The notes under the pieces are model-generated. The model worked only from the letters and a program-made list of their open reading frames with translations. It had not been told where the DNA came from and did no database searches. Position numbers and translations under genes: made by a program. Below are positions 29,243 through 39,141 of a stretch of 64,000 bases of DNA, piece after piece. Source of the stretch: an uncultured Actinomycetes bacterium (GTDB lineage Bacteria > Actinomycetota > Acidimicrobiia > IMCC26256 > PALSA-610); the NCBI GenBank assembly GCA_963761055.1, contig CAVXFO010000008.1, forward strand, positions 68,754-132,753. The letters run 5' to 3'. Position 1 is the stretch's first letter, and every line of letters starts with the position of its first letter.

Positions 29243-30061
29243 TCAGAGTGCTTCGAGCGCGCGCCGGACCAGCACCTCCGCGAGGTGCGCGCGGTACTCC
29301 GGCGACGCGTTCAGATCTCCGGGGGGTTCAGTGCCGACCGCCGCTTCACGCGCCACGTCGGCGGCCGATGCACCCTGCGAGAGCGCGGTCTCGACTGCGG
29401 TGGCCCGCAGCGGTGTGGAACCCATGTTGACGAGGGCAACGTGCGTGCCGCCGTTCACCCGGGCCGCTACCGCGCCGACGATCGCCCAGTCCTGAGCCCG
29501 CCGGTTGAACTTCTCGTAGGCGAACCCGGTGGCGCCGGTCTTGCGCACCTGGATCTCGGCGAGCAACTCGTCGGGTTCGAGCGCCGTCTCGAGGAAGCCG
29601 CGGAAGAACTCGGTCGCCCGGACCTGGCGTGATCCGTTCGGGCCCCGCACCACGAACGTGGCGTCGAGTGCGAGGAGTGCCGCAGGCAGGTCGCTCGCGG
29701 GATCGCCGTCCGCGACCGATCCGCCGAGAGTGCCACGATGCCGCACCTGGTTGTCGCCGACCTGGGCGGCGACCACGCGCAGGAGTCCGCAGGACTCGGC
29801 CAGCAGATCGCTGGTCTCGAGGTCGCGGTGGCGTGTGAGCGCGCCGATCGCGAGGTGGTCGCCCGCGTCGCGGACGTACGAGAGGTCGCGGACGCGCCCC
29901 ACGTCGACGAGCACCGAGGGCGTCGCGAGCCGCAACTTCATGAGCGGCAGCAACGACATGCCGCCCGCGAGGAACTTGGCGTCCTCGCCGTGCTCGCCCA
30001 GCAGCGAGATCGCCTCCGCGGCCGAACCGGCGCGCACGTAGTCGAACGCGGCGGGGATCAC
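29243..30061 (-). CDS. Xanthine dehydrogenase/CO dehydrogenase family FAD-binding medium subunit (CoxM-like)
   Basis: From the GTG at 30061: [21 protein letters not shown]...[26 protein letters not shown]...[12 protein letters not shown] overlap with the coxS-like stop. Confidence 0.85.
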   Translation of the reverse strand: MIPAAFDYVRAGSAAEAISLLGEHGEDAKFLAGGMSLLPLMKLRLATPSVLVDVGRVRDLSYVRDAGDHLAIGALTRHRDLETSDLLAESCGLLRVVAAQVGDNQVRHRGTLGGSVADGDPASDLPAALLALDATFVVRGPNGSRQVRATEFFRGFLETALEPDELLAEIQVRKTGATGFAYEKFNRRAQDWAIVGAVAARVNGGTHVALVNMGSTPLRATAVETALSQGASAADVAREAAVGTEPPGDLNASPEYRAHLAEVLVRRALEAL

Positions 30062-30528
30062 TTGCGCTCCTGGATCGCCTCCGCGGCTGCGAGCACCGAT
30101 TTCACGATGTTGTGGTAGCCGGTACACCGGCAGAGGTTGCCTTCGAGACCGAGGCGCACATCCTGCTCGGTCGGGTCGGGGATCTCGTCGAGCAGGGACA
30201 CGGCCGCGAGCACCATGCCGGCCGTGCAGTACCCGCACTGCAGACCGTGGTTCTCGTGGAAGGCCGTCTGCACGGGGTGCCACTGCTCGCCGTCTGCCAG
30301 TCCCTCGATCGTCGTTACCGCGGCGCCGTCGGCCTGCGCCGCGAGCATCGTGCACGACTTCACCGACTCGCCGTCGACCAACACCGTGCACGCCCCACAA
30401 CTCGAGGTGTCGCACCCGATCTTGGTGCCGGTGAGACCGCACGCCTCGCGCAGGTATTGCACGAGCAGCGTGCGGGCTTCGACGTCGTGATCCTGCGCCG
30501 ACCCGTTGACGCTCATTCCGATCCGCAT
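30058..30528 (-). CDS. (2Fe-2S)-binding small subunit (CoxS-like) of a molybdenum hydroxylase
   Basis: MRIGMSVNG...[16 protein letters not shown]...QCGYCTAGM...CRCTGY, which gives both [2Fe-2S] cysteine clusters. Confidence 0.88.
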   Translation of the reverse strand: MRIGMSVNGSAQDHDVEARTLLVQYLREACGLTGTKIGCDTSSCGACTVLVDGESVKSCTMLAAQADGAAVTTIEGLADGEQWHPVQTAFHENHGLQCGYCTAGMVLAAVSLLDEIPDPTEQDVRLGLEGNLCRCTGYHNIVKSVLAAAEAIQERK

Positions 30529-30724
30529 GGGCCGGGAGACTAGCCCCACCAGTTCCTGTCGCTTCGCCGGCGCAGGTCGTCGCCGCCCGACGGCAAGGTC
30601 GCCCAGGTCACCGGGGCGGCGCTGGGCGGCGGCCGGGCATCGGCCGCGATCTTCGCCCACCGCGGGCGCAGCCGTGGTGGTCGACGCCGGCGACGTGATT
30701 CCCTGCGCCCGTCCCCGAAGCTCG

Positions 30725-31180
30725 CTACATCTTCGCCAGGATCGGGACGAGTTTGTCGATCGGCACGAAGGTCGCACCGATGAGCTTGCGGTCGGCGAAC
30801 ACGACCTTGCCCTCCCGATCGACCACGAACACCGACCTCCGCACACCGAGCACCGGCGCGCCCACGCCGTACGCCTCGATCACCGACTTGTCGACGTCGG
30901 CCAACAGCGGGAAGGTGAACCCCTTCTTCTCGGCCCACGCCTCGTGACTCGCGACGTCCTGGGGCGAGATGCCGAGCAGGACCGCACCCGTCGCCTCGAG
31001 ATCGCCGAGGTTGTCGCGGTACGAGCACATCTGGCGCGTGCATCCCGGCGTGTTGTCGCCGGGATAGAAGGCGATCATCACCGGGCGGCCGCGGTATTCC
31101 GAGAGCGTGTAGTCGCGCTGGGCGCCGTCGGCGATACCCGGCAGCGTGAAGTCCGGTGCGGCTTGTCCTACCTCGATCAT
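30725..31180 (-). CDS. bcp: Thioredoxin-dependent peroxiredoxin Bcp
   Basis: 151 aa, with [22 protein letters not shown] (CxxxxC), and FPLLAD. Confidence 0.88.
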   Translation of the reverse strand: MIEVGQAAPDFTLPGIADGAQRDYTLSEYRGRPVMIAFYPGDNTPGCTRQMCSYRDNLGDLEATGAVLLGISPQDVASHEAWAEKKGFTFPLLADVDKSVIEAYGVGAPVLGVRRSVFVVDREGKVVFADRKLIGATFVPIDKLVPILAKM

Positions 31181-31208
31181 GAGATCCCCTCTTCCAAGGC
31201 CGGGCCGG

Positions 31209-31958
31209 TCACACGGTGACGGCTTCGAGCACGGAATCTGGGATGTCGAAGTTCGCGTACACCGCCTCGGTGTCGTCGTGGTCCTCGAGCACGTCCATCA
31301 GCCGCAACACGGTCTTGGCCTGGCTCTCCTGGGTGAGTTCCACGACGGTTGTGGGAACCATCGTCAGGTCGCCCGCCTTCACCTTGAATCCGGCCTCCTC
31401 CAGCGCGGTGCGCACCGCGTGGAGGTCGGTCGGCGGAGTGGTGACCTGCCAGTTGTCGCCCGCGTCGGCGACGTCGTCGGCGCCGGCGTCGGCCGCGACG
31501 AGCATGAGCTCGTCCTCGTCGGCCGACTTGTCGACCTCGATGATGCCCCGGCGCTCGAACTGCCACGACACCGCGCCCGGCTCCGCGAACGAACCGCCGT
31601 TGCGGCTGAACAGGTTCTTGATCTCGGCCGACGTGCGGTTGCGGTTGTCGGTGAGTGCCTGCACGATCACCGCGACGCCGCCGGGCGCATAGCCCTCGTA
31701 GGTCACGGGCTCGTACGTGACGCCCTCTTCCTCACCGGTACCGCGCCGGATCGCGCGCTGGATCGTGTCGACCGGCAGCGACGAGTCGCGCGCCTTTTGG
31801 ACCATCGAACGCAACGTCGCGTTCGTCGCGGTATCACCCCCGCCCGCGCGCGCCGCGACCTCGATCTGACGGATCAAGACCGCGAACAGCTTGCCACGCG
31901 CCGCGTCGGCCGCACCCTTTTTGTGCTTGATCGAATGCCATTTGGAGTGACCGGACAT
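31209..31958 (-). CDS. yebC: YebC/PmpR family DNA-binding transcriptional regulator
   Basis: MSGHSKWHSIKHKKGAADAARGKLF..., YEGYAPGGVA, NRNRTSAE. Confidence 0.92.
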   Translation of the reverse strand: MSGHSKWHSIKHKKGAADAARGKLFAVLIRQIEVAARAGGGDTATNATLRSMVQKARDSSLPVDTIQRAIRRGTGEEEGVTYEPVTYEGYAPGGVAVIVQALTDNRNRTSAEIKNLFSRNGGSFAEPGAVSWQFERRGIIEVDKSADEDELMLVAADAGADDVADAGDNWQVTTPPTDLHAVRTALEEAGFKVKAGDLTMVPTTVVELTQESQAKTVLRLMDVLEDHDDTEAVYANFDIPDSVLEAVTV

Positions 31959-31985
31959 CAGCGCACCTCGACTACGAAAGGAGAA

Positions 31986-32558
31986 TCATGAAAGGAGGTT
32001 CAAGAAGTGTTGGTGGAGACGGAGATCGCCGGAGAGCTCGGGATGAAAGGATGCGAACCAGATTGCACCGGCACGGCCGAGCACCGCCACACCGTCGTAC
32101 TCGGCGAGCACCTCGATCCCACCGCCCACACGTTCGACGACGGGCGCGCGGATGAACACACCGGGAAAATCGCCGTCGGCGAGACCGCGCACCGCGAGCG
32201 GGGTCTCGAACGATTCGCGCTGGCGGCCGTAGCCGTTGCGGCGGACAGTGACGTCGAGGACGCCGAGCGGCGCCTGGTCGGGCCGCCCGTCGACGACCTC
32301 GGCGGCACAGAGGATCAGGCCGGCGCACGTCGCGAACGCGGGAAGCCCATCGCGCAGCCTCGCCCGGAGAGGTTCGCGCAGCTCCGCGGAGTCGAGCAGC
32401 TTCTCCATCGTCGTCGACTCGCCGCCGGGAAGGAAGATCGCGTCGATGCTGTCGAGATGCTGCGGACGCTTGACCAGCGCGACATCGGCGCCGAGCGCGC
32501 CCAGCGCCTCAGCGTGCTCGCGGAACGCGCCTTGCAGCGCGAGAACCCCCACCTTCAC
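31986..32558 (-). CDS. pdxT: Pyridoxal 5'-phosphate synthase glutaminase subunit PdxT
   Basis: MKVGVLALQGAFREH, LPGGESTT, TCAGLIL, FHPEL. Confidence 0.92.
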   Translation of the reverse strand: MKVGVLALQGAFREHAEALGALGADVALVKRPQHLDSIDAIFLPGGESTTMEKLLDSAELREPLRARLRDGLPAFATCAGLILCAAEVVDGRPDQAPLGVLDVTVRRNGYGRQRESFETPLAVRGLADGDFPGVFIRAPVVERVGGGIEVLAEYDGVAVLGRAGAIWFASFHPELSGDLRLHQHFLNLLS

Positions 32559-32582
32559 CTGGCGGCCTCCGCGTCACCGCGG

Positions 32583-33485
32583 TCACCAGCCCCGCTCGGC
32601 CAGCTTCACGTCGAGCGTCCCGATCTCTTCGCCTCGCATCGCCTCGCCCAGACCACGCGAGACCTTGGCAACGATGTCGGCGTCCTCGTAGTGCGTGGTT
32701 GCCTCGACGATGGCGCGAGCGCGCTTCGAGGGGTCGCTCGACTTGAAGATTCCGCTGCCGACGAACACCGACTGCGCGCCGAGCTGCATGACGAGCGCGG
32801 CATCGGCCGGTGTGGCGATGCCACCCGCGCAGAACAACGGCACGGGCAGCTCGCCTCGGACCGCGAGCTCCTCGACCAGATCGACCGGCACGCGGAGCTC
32901 CTTCGCCCAGGCGTAGCGCTCCTCGACGGGGCCGGCCTTGATGCGGGCGATGTCGCCGAGGATCGACCGCAGATGCCGGACCGCCTCGACGATGTTGCCG
33001 GTACCGGCCTCGCCCTTGCTGCGGATCAGGCACGCGCCCTCACCGATACGGCGCAGGGCTTCGCCGAGATTCGTCGCGCCGCACACGAACGGCACCGTGA
33101 ACTGCCACTTGTCGACGTGGTGTGCTTCGTCGGCCGGCGTGAGCACTTCGGACTCGTCGACGTAATCGACGCCGAGCGACTGCAGCACCTGGGCCTCGGC
33201 GAAGTGACCGATCCGGCACTTGGCCATGACCGGGACCGTGACGGCCTTCTGGATGCCTTCGATCATCGACGGGTCGCTCATACGCGCGACCCCGCCGTCG
33301 CGGCGGATGTCGGAGGGCACACGTTCGAGCGCCATGACCGCCACCGCGCCCGCATCTTCGGCGATCTTCGCCTGTTCGGCGTCGACGACGTCCATGATGA
33401 CGCCGCCCCGCAGCATCTCCGCCAGACCCCGCTTCACCCGCGCAGTACCGGTCGTGCGCTCGCCTGTGCCGATCTCGTTCGCCAT
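32583..33485 (-). CDS. pdxS: Pyridoxal 5'-phosphate synthase lyase subunit PdxS
   Basis: From MANEIGTGE... Motifs: [84 protein letters not shown]. Confidence 0.93.
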   Translation of the reverse strand: MANEIGTGERTTGTARVKRGLAEMLRGGVIMDVVDAEQAKIAEDAGAVAVMALERVPSDIRRDGGVARMSDPSMIEGIQKAVTVPVMAKCRIGHFAEAQVLQSLGVDYVDESEVLTPADEAHHVDKWQFTVPFVCGATNLGEALRRIGEGACLIRSKGEAGTGNIVEAVRHLRSILGDIARIKAGPVEERYAWAKELRVPVDLVEELAVRGELPVPLFCAGGIATPADAALVMQLGAQSVFVGSGIFKSSDPSKRARAIVEATTHYEDADIVAKVSRGLGEAMRGEEIGTLDVKLAERGW

Positions 33486-33520
33486 GCCCGTCAGTCTAGA
33501 ACGTGCCGTTCGCGGCCCGG

Positions 33521-34545
33521 CTACGGAGTTTTCGTCAGCGCGTAGCCCTTGTCGGGTAGCTCCACCCAGGTTTGGCCACGCGTCAACGCGATCCGTTTTC
33601 CGGTCGCGTCGAGCAGTTCCGCGGGCTTGGCGGCGTCCGGCCGGGACCAGGATCCGAGGATCTCGCGCCCGGCCGTGAACACGACGGCAGCGCCAGTGCC
33701 GGTCAGTTGGGCCTCGGCGCCGATGTTCGCGTCCCGGGGATCGCCGCCCGTGTACGGGACGAACATGACGACGACGTTCTTCGGCGCGAGTTGCGTTCCC
33801 GACGCGACGTCTTCGGGGCTCCCGAAGATCGAACGCTTCCACGTACCGCTCGGCGCATCCCAGGTCCAGGTCACAGCGAACGACGGACTCCCGAGAAAAC
33901 CGACCCGTACCGATGTCGCCGCGGCGCCACCGACCGCCGCCTGCGACGCCCGGTACGTGAACAGCGGCGGTGGCGGCACCTTCGGTCCGCACTTCGCGTA
34001 CATGACGTTGACGTGCGCGTAGAGGTTGAACGGAGCGTCGCGCGTGTGATCGCGGAACATGAGCAGACCCGCGCGTCTCGTCGAGTTGCACGACCGGCGC
34101 AGTGTTGATCGACTCGATCGCGTACGGAGCACCACCGGAATATGCGAACACGCCACCGAACGGCCGGACGAGGCTCTGGTCGGTCTTGCGCACCGAGCGC
34201 ACCGGACCGACACGATCGGGGTCGTGCGAATTGAATACAGCCGCGAGACGCGTGATGCCGCTCTCGACGACCTCCTCATACACGACGTCGGCCTGGTCGA
34301 CGCCGTACTTGGGGTGGCCTCGCAGTGTGTTGTCGATCTTGACGGTGACCGCGCACCGCTTGCGGGCCGCGCCGGTCGGGTCGGGCAAACCCGTCAACGG
34401 CGCGACCGCCGGGTCCTTGGCTTGCCGCGGCCGCCTTCGCGGCCGGCTCGCCCGACTTCTTGCCGCCGCCGCAGCTCGCGAGCGCGAGCACGACCACCGT
34501 CGGGACGGCTGCGAACGCGACGCAACGCTGGGAGAACGGACGCAT
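33521..34545 (-). CDS. DUF3048-like lipoprotein; two apparent frameshifts (near 34425 and near 34075)
   Basis: Lipobox in ORF 34276..34545: [25 protein letters not shown]. The middle part is in the 604-aa ORF frame: [17 protein letters not shown]...AVTVKIDN...[22 protein letters not shown]...VGPVRSVR...AYSGGAPY. The C-terminal part is in ORF 33521..34279 ([18 protein letters not shown]...). The span is 3n+2. Confidence 0.65.
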
Positions 34546-34560
34546 GCCCCTAGTTTCGCG

Positions 34561-35472
34561 TCACATCTGCTCGAGGGCGTGGATCCGGTCGTCGATCGGC
34601 GGGTGCGTGTCGAACAAGTGGTTCCACTTGTTCTGACCCTTGTTCGACTCCTTGTCGAGGGGCTCCTCGATCCAGAGGTGGGCAGTGGCTTTCGAGGCGA
34701 AGTGCGTGGAGGTGTGGTCGTCCTTCAGCTTCTCCAGCGCGGAGATCAGCCCCGGCGGGTAGCGGGTCAGCTGCACGCCCGACGCGTCGGCGAGGTACTC
34801 CCGCTTCCGGCTGACCGCGAACTGCATCAGAGCCGCGATGATCGGGGCGAAGATCAACAACACGAAGCCGAGGACTGCGAACACGATGCCCAGCGGATTG
34901 TTGTTGTTCTCGTGGTCGCGACCGCCGCGGCCGCCGGTCCAGAACATGATGCGCAAGAAAAAGTCGGAAAGCAGGGCAATGATCCCGACCATCGTCACCG
35001 CGAGCGTCATCACCAGCACGTCGTAGTTGCGGATATGGCTCAACTCGTGCGCGAGCACACCCTCGAGCTCGACCCGGTTCATCTTCTCGAGCAGCCCCGT
35101 CGTGACCGCGACCGCGGCGTGCTTCGGGTTGCGCCCGGTGGAGAACGCGTTGGGTGCGGGATCGTCGACGATATAGAGCCGAGGCTTCGGCAGCCCGCTC
35201 GCGATGCACAGGCCCTCGACGAGATTGTGGTAGCGGGCGTACTGCACAGGGTCGGCCGGGACGGCGTGCGCCATCTTCAGCGCGACCTTGTCGCTGTTGA
35301 AGTACGAGACGAACGACGAGACGCCGACGATGATCGCGACGACGATGATCCCGATCACACCGCCGCGCAGGAAGTAGTCGACCGCGAGGCCGACCAACGA
35401 CAACAGCAACACGAACAAGAAGATGAGCAGGACGGTCTTGCGTTTGTTCGCGGATATCTGTTCGTACACCAA
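34561..35472 (-). CDS. htpX: M48-family zinc metalloprotease HtpX
   Basis: Intact 303 aa, with N-terminal TMs, [16 protein letters not shown], and EYLAD. Confidence 0.88.
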   Translation of the reverse strand: MVYEQISANKRKTVLLIFLFVLLLSLVGLAVDYFLRGGVIGIIVVAIIVGVSSFVSYFNSDKVALKMAHAVPADPVQYARYHNLVEGLCIASGLPKPRLYIVDDPAPNAFSTGRNPKHAAVAVTTGLLEKMNRVELEGVLAHELSHIRNYDVLVMTLAVTMVGIIALLSDFFLRIMFWTGGRGGRDHENNNNPLGIVFAVLGFVLLIFAPIIAALMQFAVSRKREYLADASGVQLTRYPPGLISALEKLKDDHTSTHFASKATAHLWIEEPLDKESNKGQNKWNHLFDTHPPIDDRIHALEQM

Positions 35473-35522
35473 TCGCCTCGAGATACGGGGCCGAGACCGG
35501 ACGTCTCAGCGCGGACGCAGGA

Positions 35523-36080
35523 TCAGAACTGGACCTTGGGCACCTCGGCCGAACCCTGCTCCGCCTCGAAGAACTCGCGCTTGGAGAAGTTGAACATTCC
35601 CGCGACCAGCATCGTCGGGAACGTCTGGATCTTCGTGTTGTACTTCTGCACGCTGTCGTTGTAGAACTGCCGCACGTAGGAGATGCGGTCCTCGGTGGAG
35701 GTCAGCTCCTCCTGCAGGCTCAAGAAGTTCTGGTTCGCCTTCAGGTCGGGGTAGCTCTCGGACAGCGCGAACAACTGCCGCAACGTGCCGGTCAAAACGT
35801 TCTCGGCCTGGGCCTGCTGCTCGGGACCCGCCTTCTGCGCCTGCACCGCGTTGGTACGGGCAGCGGTGACCGCTTCGAGCGTGCCGCTCTCGTGCGCCGC
35901 GTAACCCTTCACCGTCTCGACGAGGTTCGGGATGAGATCGTGGCGGCGCTGGAGCTGCACGCTGATCTGGGACCACGCGGACTCGACCCGGTTACGGAGC
36001 CGGACCGCGCCGTTGAAGGCGAAGACGAAGAACAGGATCACCACGACGATGATCACCACGATGATGATGACTGCTGTCAT
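35523..36080 (-). CDS. lemA: LemA family protein
   Basis: 185 aa, with an N-terminal TM, then NGAVRLRNRVESAWSQISVQLQRRHDLIPNLVETVKGYAAHE and YNTKIQTFP. Confidence 0.88.
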   Translation of the reverse strand: MTAVIIIVVIIVVVILFFVFAFNGAVRLRNRVESAWSQISVQLQRRHDLIPNLVETVKGYAAHESGTLEAVTAARTNAVQAQKAGPEQQAQAENVLTGTLRQLFALSESYPDLKANQNFLSLQEELTSTEDRISYVRQFYNDSVQKYNTKIQTFPTMLVAGMFNFSKREFFEAEQGSAEVPKVQF

Positions 36081-36141
36081 CAGACGACCTCCCAGGGGGC
36101 GAGGCCCTCATACTACGGATGGGACACTCCCGAAGGGGTCA

Positions 36142-36207
36142 CTACCCGCCGGGACGCATCCCCGCTACGTCATCTCCGCTACGTCATCTCCGCTACCCCG
36201 CCGGGAC
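36142..36207. repeat. Micro-duplications at the pimA 3' end
   Basis: CCGCTACGTCATCT occurs twice (36162-36189) plus a partial third copy. CTACCC(C)GCCGGGAC is present at 36142-36155 and 36193-36207, the latter containing the pimA stop. Confidence 0.85.
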
Positions 36208-37266
36208 CAGGGCCCGCGCGTAGAGCTCCAGGTAACGCTCCGCCAGGCGCTTCATGGAGAACTGCTCGGCCCGTTCGAAGCCGGACGCAACCAGGCGGGA
36301 CCGCAGCGGGCCGTCGTCGAGGAGGCGACGCAGCGCGTCCCGCAGCGCGGCAACGTCGCCGGGCGGCACGAGGAGGGCGTCCTGGTCGGACCACGCGACG
36401 TTCTGGTAGCCCTCGATCGCGGACGCGACGATCGGCGCACGGGCGGCCATCGCCTCGAGCAGCACGACCCCGAACGACTCGCCCCGCAGCGACGGCGCGC
36501 AGAACGCGGTCGCACCGCGCAACAGTGCGTTGCGCGGCGCGTCGGTGACGGTTCCGAGCCATTCGATGTCGCCGACCGCGCGCCTGCGCAGTTCGTCGGT
36601 TTGCGGCCCCACACCGATGATCTGCAGGCGAGCGTCGCGCTCGATACCGGCCCATGCCTCGAGGAGGACGTCGAGACCCTTGCGCGGTTCGTGCCGGCCG
36701 ATGAACAGCACCGTGGGCTTCGTCGACAGTGCCGGCTCCGCGGCCGCGACCCGTTCGATCTCGATGCCGTTCCACAACACTGTGTAGGCAGCGCCGGTCC
36801 AGTTACCCTCGGCTGTCTCGCGTGCCGACTCCGACACGGCGACCCGGAAGGTGAGCCGCATCATCAGTGATCGCAGCGCGGGCCGCAGCCACTGGTACGG
36901 CACCTCGCCCGCCGCGTGGAACGTGCCGACCATCGGACCGTTGAAGCCGATCAGCGCGCTGACGGTCGGCCCGGGCACGATCGGCTCGTGCAGGTGCACG
37001 ACGTCGGGCTCGAGCGTCCGCAAGACCTCGGCCGTGCGGCGCGCAGTCGCGCGCCCCGGTGCGATGGGCGCAACCGAACCGTTCGACTCCCACTCGACCG
37101 TCGGACCGACGCTCACAATGGTCGCGTCGGGCGGAGGTCCGTCGCACGGAGCGACGATGCGCACGTCGACATCGAGCTGACGCAGTTCGCGTGCAAGCCC
37201 GAGGACTTGTCCCTGCACCCCGCCGGGGCGCGACATCGAGTAGGGGCAGATCATGGCCACCTTCAT
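36193..37266 (-). CDS. pimA: GT4 glycosyltransferase, phosphatidyl-myo-inositol mannosyltransferase PimA-like
   Basis: From the ATG at 37266: MKVAMICPYSMSRPGGVQGQV... The C-terminal E(x7)E region is PSLRGESFGVVLLEAMAA. It lies downstream of pgsA and an acyltransferase, as in the mycobacterial PI/PIM operon. Confidence 0.8.
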   Translation of the reverse strand: MKVAMICPYSMSRPGGVQGQVLGLARELRQLDVDVRIVAPCDGPPPDATIVSVGPTVEWESNGSVAPIAPGRATARRTAEVLRTLEPDVVHLHEPIVPGPTVSALIGFNGPMVGTFHAAGEVPYQWLRPALRSLMMRLTFRVAVSESARETAEGNWTGAAYTVLWNGIEIERVAAAEPALSTKPTVLFIGRHEPRKGLDVLLEAWAGIERDARLQIIGVGPQTDELRRRAVGDIEWLGTVTDAPRNALLRGATAFCAPSLRGESFGVVLLEAMAARAPIVASAIEGYQNVAWSDQDALLVPPGDVAALRDALRRLLDDGPLRSRLVASGFERAEQFSMKRLAERYLELYARALVPAG

Positions 37267-37310
37267 GCGGCCACCATCGGCTTCACGCGACAACCATCGG
37301 CTTCATGCGG
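37261..37310. repeat. Degenerate duplication of the pimA translation-start region, containing a 7-codon uORF
   Basis: CTTCATGCGG occurs at 37261-37270 and 37301-37310. CCATCGGCTTCA(C/T)GCG occurs at 37274-37289 and 37294-37309. On the minus strand, ATGAAGCCGATGGTTGTCGCGTGA (MKPMVVA*, 37306..37283) precedes ATGAAGGTGGCCATG (pimA). Confidence 0.8.
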
Positions 37311-37328
37311 TAACCGTCCGGCGAGGCC

Positions 37329-38225
37329 TCACCGGGCCAGGCTTTCGGATTCGCGGTCGCTGGGCCAGTTGGCCTGCAAGAGGTGCCACTGCTCGGGCGC
37401 GACTCGGATGAGCTCCTCGAACTCCGCGGCGAGAAGCTGCGTGATCCGGGCGATGTCGGCGCGGAGATTCCCGTCCCGTTCGATCGGAATCGGCGGGCGC
37501 ACCACGCCACGGTGTCCGCGCCCGGGTTCGAAGTAGACCGCGACGGGTAGCAACGCCGCGCCGGTGCGCAGTGCAAGCGTCGCCGGGCCCGCGGGCAGAG
37601 TGGTGTGCTCCCCGAAGAACTCGACGTCGACGCCGTCGCCGGTGAGATCGCGGTCGCTCAACAGGCAGACGATGCGGTTGTCGCGCAGCGCCTTCAACAC
37701 GCGGCGAGAGACATCGGGTCCGATGGGCACGATCTCGAGGCCGATGGCCTCGCGCTGGCGGGCGAACCACTCGAGCAACTCGGGCGGCTGCAACGGCTCG
37801 ACGACGGCAAGCATGTGATGACCCTTGGCCGCCATCCATGCCGCGGCCCACTCCCACCCGCCCAGGTGCGGCAAGGCGAGGACCACGCCCTTGCCCTGCG
37901 CCAGCCCGCGCTCGACGTGCTCGTAGCCCTCGATGACGAAGTTGGGATTCACCGCGCCCCGACGGACGTCGGCCGGCAACCGGAAGATCTCGAGCCAATA
38001 CCGGCCGTACCACTCGAACACCGTCTTGACCGCGGCGGGATCGGTGGTGCCGGTGACTCGCCGCTGATGACGGGCCGACATGCGGCGGTTCCCCTTCTGC
38101 GGCCAACCTCCGACCCGACCGACCACGCGGCCCAGCGGCGGGACGAAGCGCGCGGGCACGGCCTGCGCGACTCGCGCCGCGCCACGGTACGCCCACGTCG
38201 TCAGTCCTCCGTGCTTGCCGGCCAC
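37329..38225 (-). CDS. Lauroyl/myristoyl (LpxL/HtrB-type) acyltransferase, PIM acyltransferase PatA-like
   Basis: YGRYWLEIFRLPAD...VVLALPHLGGWEWAAAW (HxxxxD-type region)...LLSDRDLTG...FFGEHTTLPAGPA. The start is set at the GTG at 38225, 8 nt after the pgsA stop. The as-given ORF extends to 38345. Confidence 0.75.
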   Translation of the reverse strand: MAGKHGGLTTWAYRGAARVAQAVPARFVPPLGRVVGRVGGWPQKGNRRMSARHQRRVTGTTDPAAVKTVFEWYGRYWLEIFRLPADVRRGAVNPNFVIEGYEHVERGLAQGKGVVLALPHLGGWEWAAAWMAAKGHHMLAVVEPLQPPELLEWFARQREAIGLEIVPIGPDVSRRVLKALRDNRIVCLLSDRDLTGDGVDVEFFGEHTTLPAGPATLALRTGAALLPVAVYFEPGRGHRGVVRPPIPIERDGNLRADIARITQLLAAEFEELIRVAPEQWHLLQANWPSDRESESLAR

Positions 38226-38232
38226 GAACGCC

Positions 38233-38946
38233 TTACGGCCGGGCGCCGCGCCGTTCGGAGCGGGGACGGGAACGAGGGCGCTGACCTTCCACGCGCCGCG
38301 CCGTCCACCACGATCGCAACGGGGTCGGCGGCCGCTCGACACCACGGGGCCGTACGGTGGCCGGTTGCGGTGGACGCCCAGCGAGGCGGTAGACCTTGAC
38401 GAACCGCTGCACCGCCGTGAAGGCCGTGAGCGCGAGCATCAACCACAGCATCGGGACCAGCACGGGAAACGCCAACGCGATGCCGAGCAGCACGAAGCGC
38501 TCGGCCCGCTCCATGAGGCCGCCTCGCGCGTCGAGACCGAGCGACTCGGCCCGGGCCCGCTCGTACGAGATCAGCATCGAGCACGCGGCAACCGCGAACG
38601 CGAGTATCGGAAGGTATTGCGAGCGGTGAGCGAGATGCCAGGCCACGCCACCGAACAACAGCGCGTCGGAGGCGCGGTCGGTGACCGAGTCGAAGAAGGC
38701 CCCGCGCGGACTCGCCTGGCCGCTCCCCCGCGCGATCGACCCGTCGAGGAGGTCGCTGACCCCGGCGGTCGAGAGGCCGACGACCGCCCAGACGAAGTGC
38801 CCAGAAGCGATGAGCACCGCGGTGGCGACCGAGCACACGAGACCGAAGACGGTCAACGCGTCGGCGGTGATGCCGAGACGCCGCAACCCGCCGCCGATGG
38901 GGCCGAGGCCCTGCTCGACGCGATTGCGCCAGCGCCGGTCGAGCAT
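38233..38946 (-). CDS. pgsA: CDP-alcohol phosphatidyltransferase (phosphatidylinositol phosphate synthase PgsA1-like)
   Basis: 237 aa and multi-TM, with the motif DLLDGSIARGSGQASPRGAFFDSVTDRASD (D-x2-DG-x2-AR...D-x3-D). Confidence 0.8.
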   Translation of the reverse strand: MLDRRWRNRVEQGLGPIGGGLRRLGITADALTVFGLVCSVATAVLIASGHFVWAVVGLSTAGVSDLLDGSIARGSGQASPRGAFFDSVTDRASDALLFGGVAWHLAHRSQYLPILAFAVAACSMLISYERARAESLGLDARGGLMERAERFVLLGIALAFPVLVPMLWLMLALTAFTAVQRFVKVYRLAGRPPQPATVRPRGVERPPTPLRSWWTARRVEGQRPRSRPRSERRGARP

Positions 38947-39128
38947 GCGTGCTCCTCAGAGGTGCCGCGCTCGCGTCCGCGAGCACTCCGACCACGGTAC
39001 CAAACGCCAGGCCGCACTCCGGGCCTCGTCTCCGGCGGGTTCCCGCCGGACGTCGGCACCGCCGGCCCTCGGGCGCTGGTGCAGACGGGAACCGCGTTCG
39101 TACAATCGCCGGACCAGGCAGCCCGGCA

Positions 39129-39135
39129 GAGGGGG
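39129..39135 (+). promoter_or_regulatory. Shine-Dalgarno (GAGGGGG) for the EF-G-like gene
   Basis: GAGGGGG lies 6 nt upstream of the GTG at 39142. Confidence 0.55.
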
Positions 39136-39141
39136 TCATCG

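Noticed and set aside
27948-30528. Calling the cox-like genes a bona fide aerobic CO dehydrogenase.
   Set aside because: Substrate assignment depends on the large-subunit active-site loop, and no large subunit is in the window. Only family-level calls are justified.
38080-39141. The 5' 350 codons of the 1028-aa + strand ORF upstream of the EF-G-like gene.
   Set aside because: This region is antisense to pgsA and the acyltransferase, and is Arg/Pro/Gly-rich with no family resemblance. A good GTG with an SD at 39142 begins the conserved G-domain. Long antisense ORFs are expected at this GC content.
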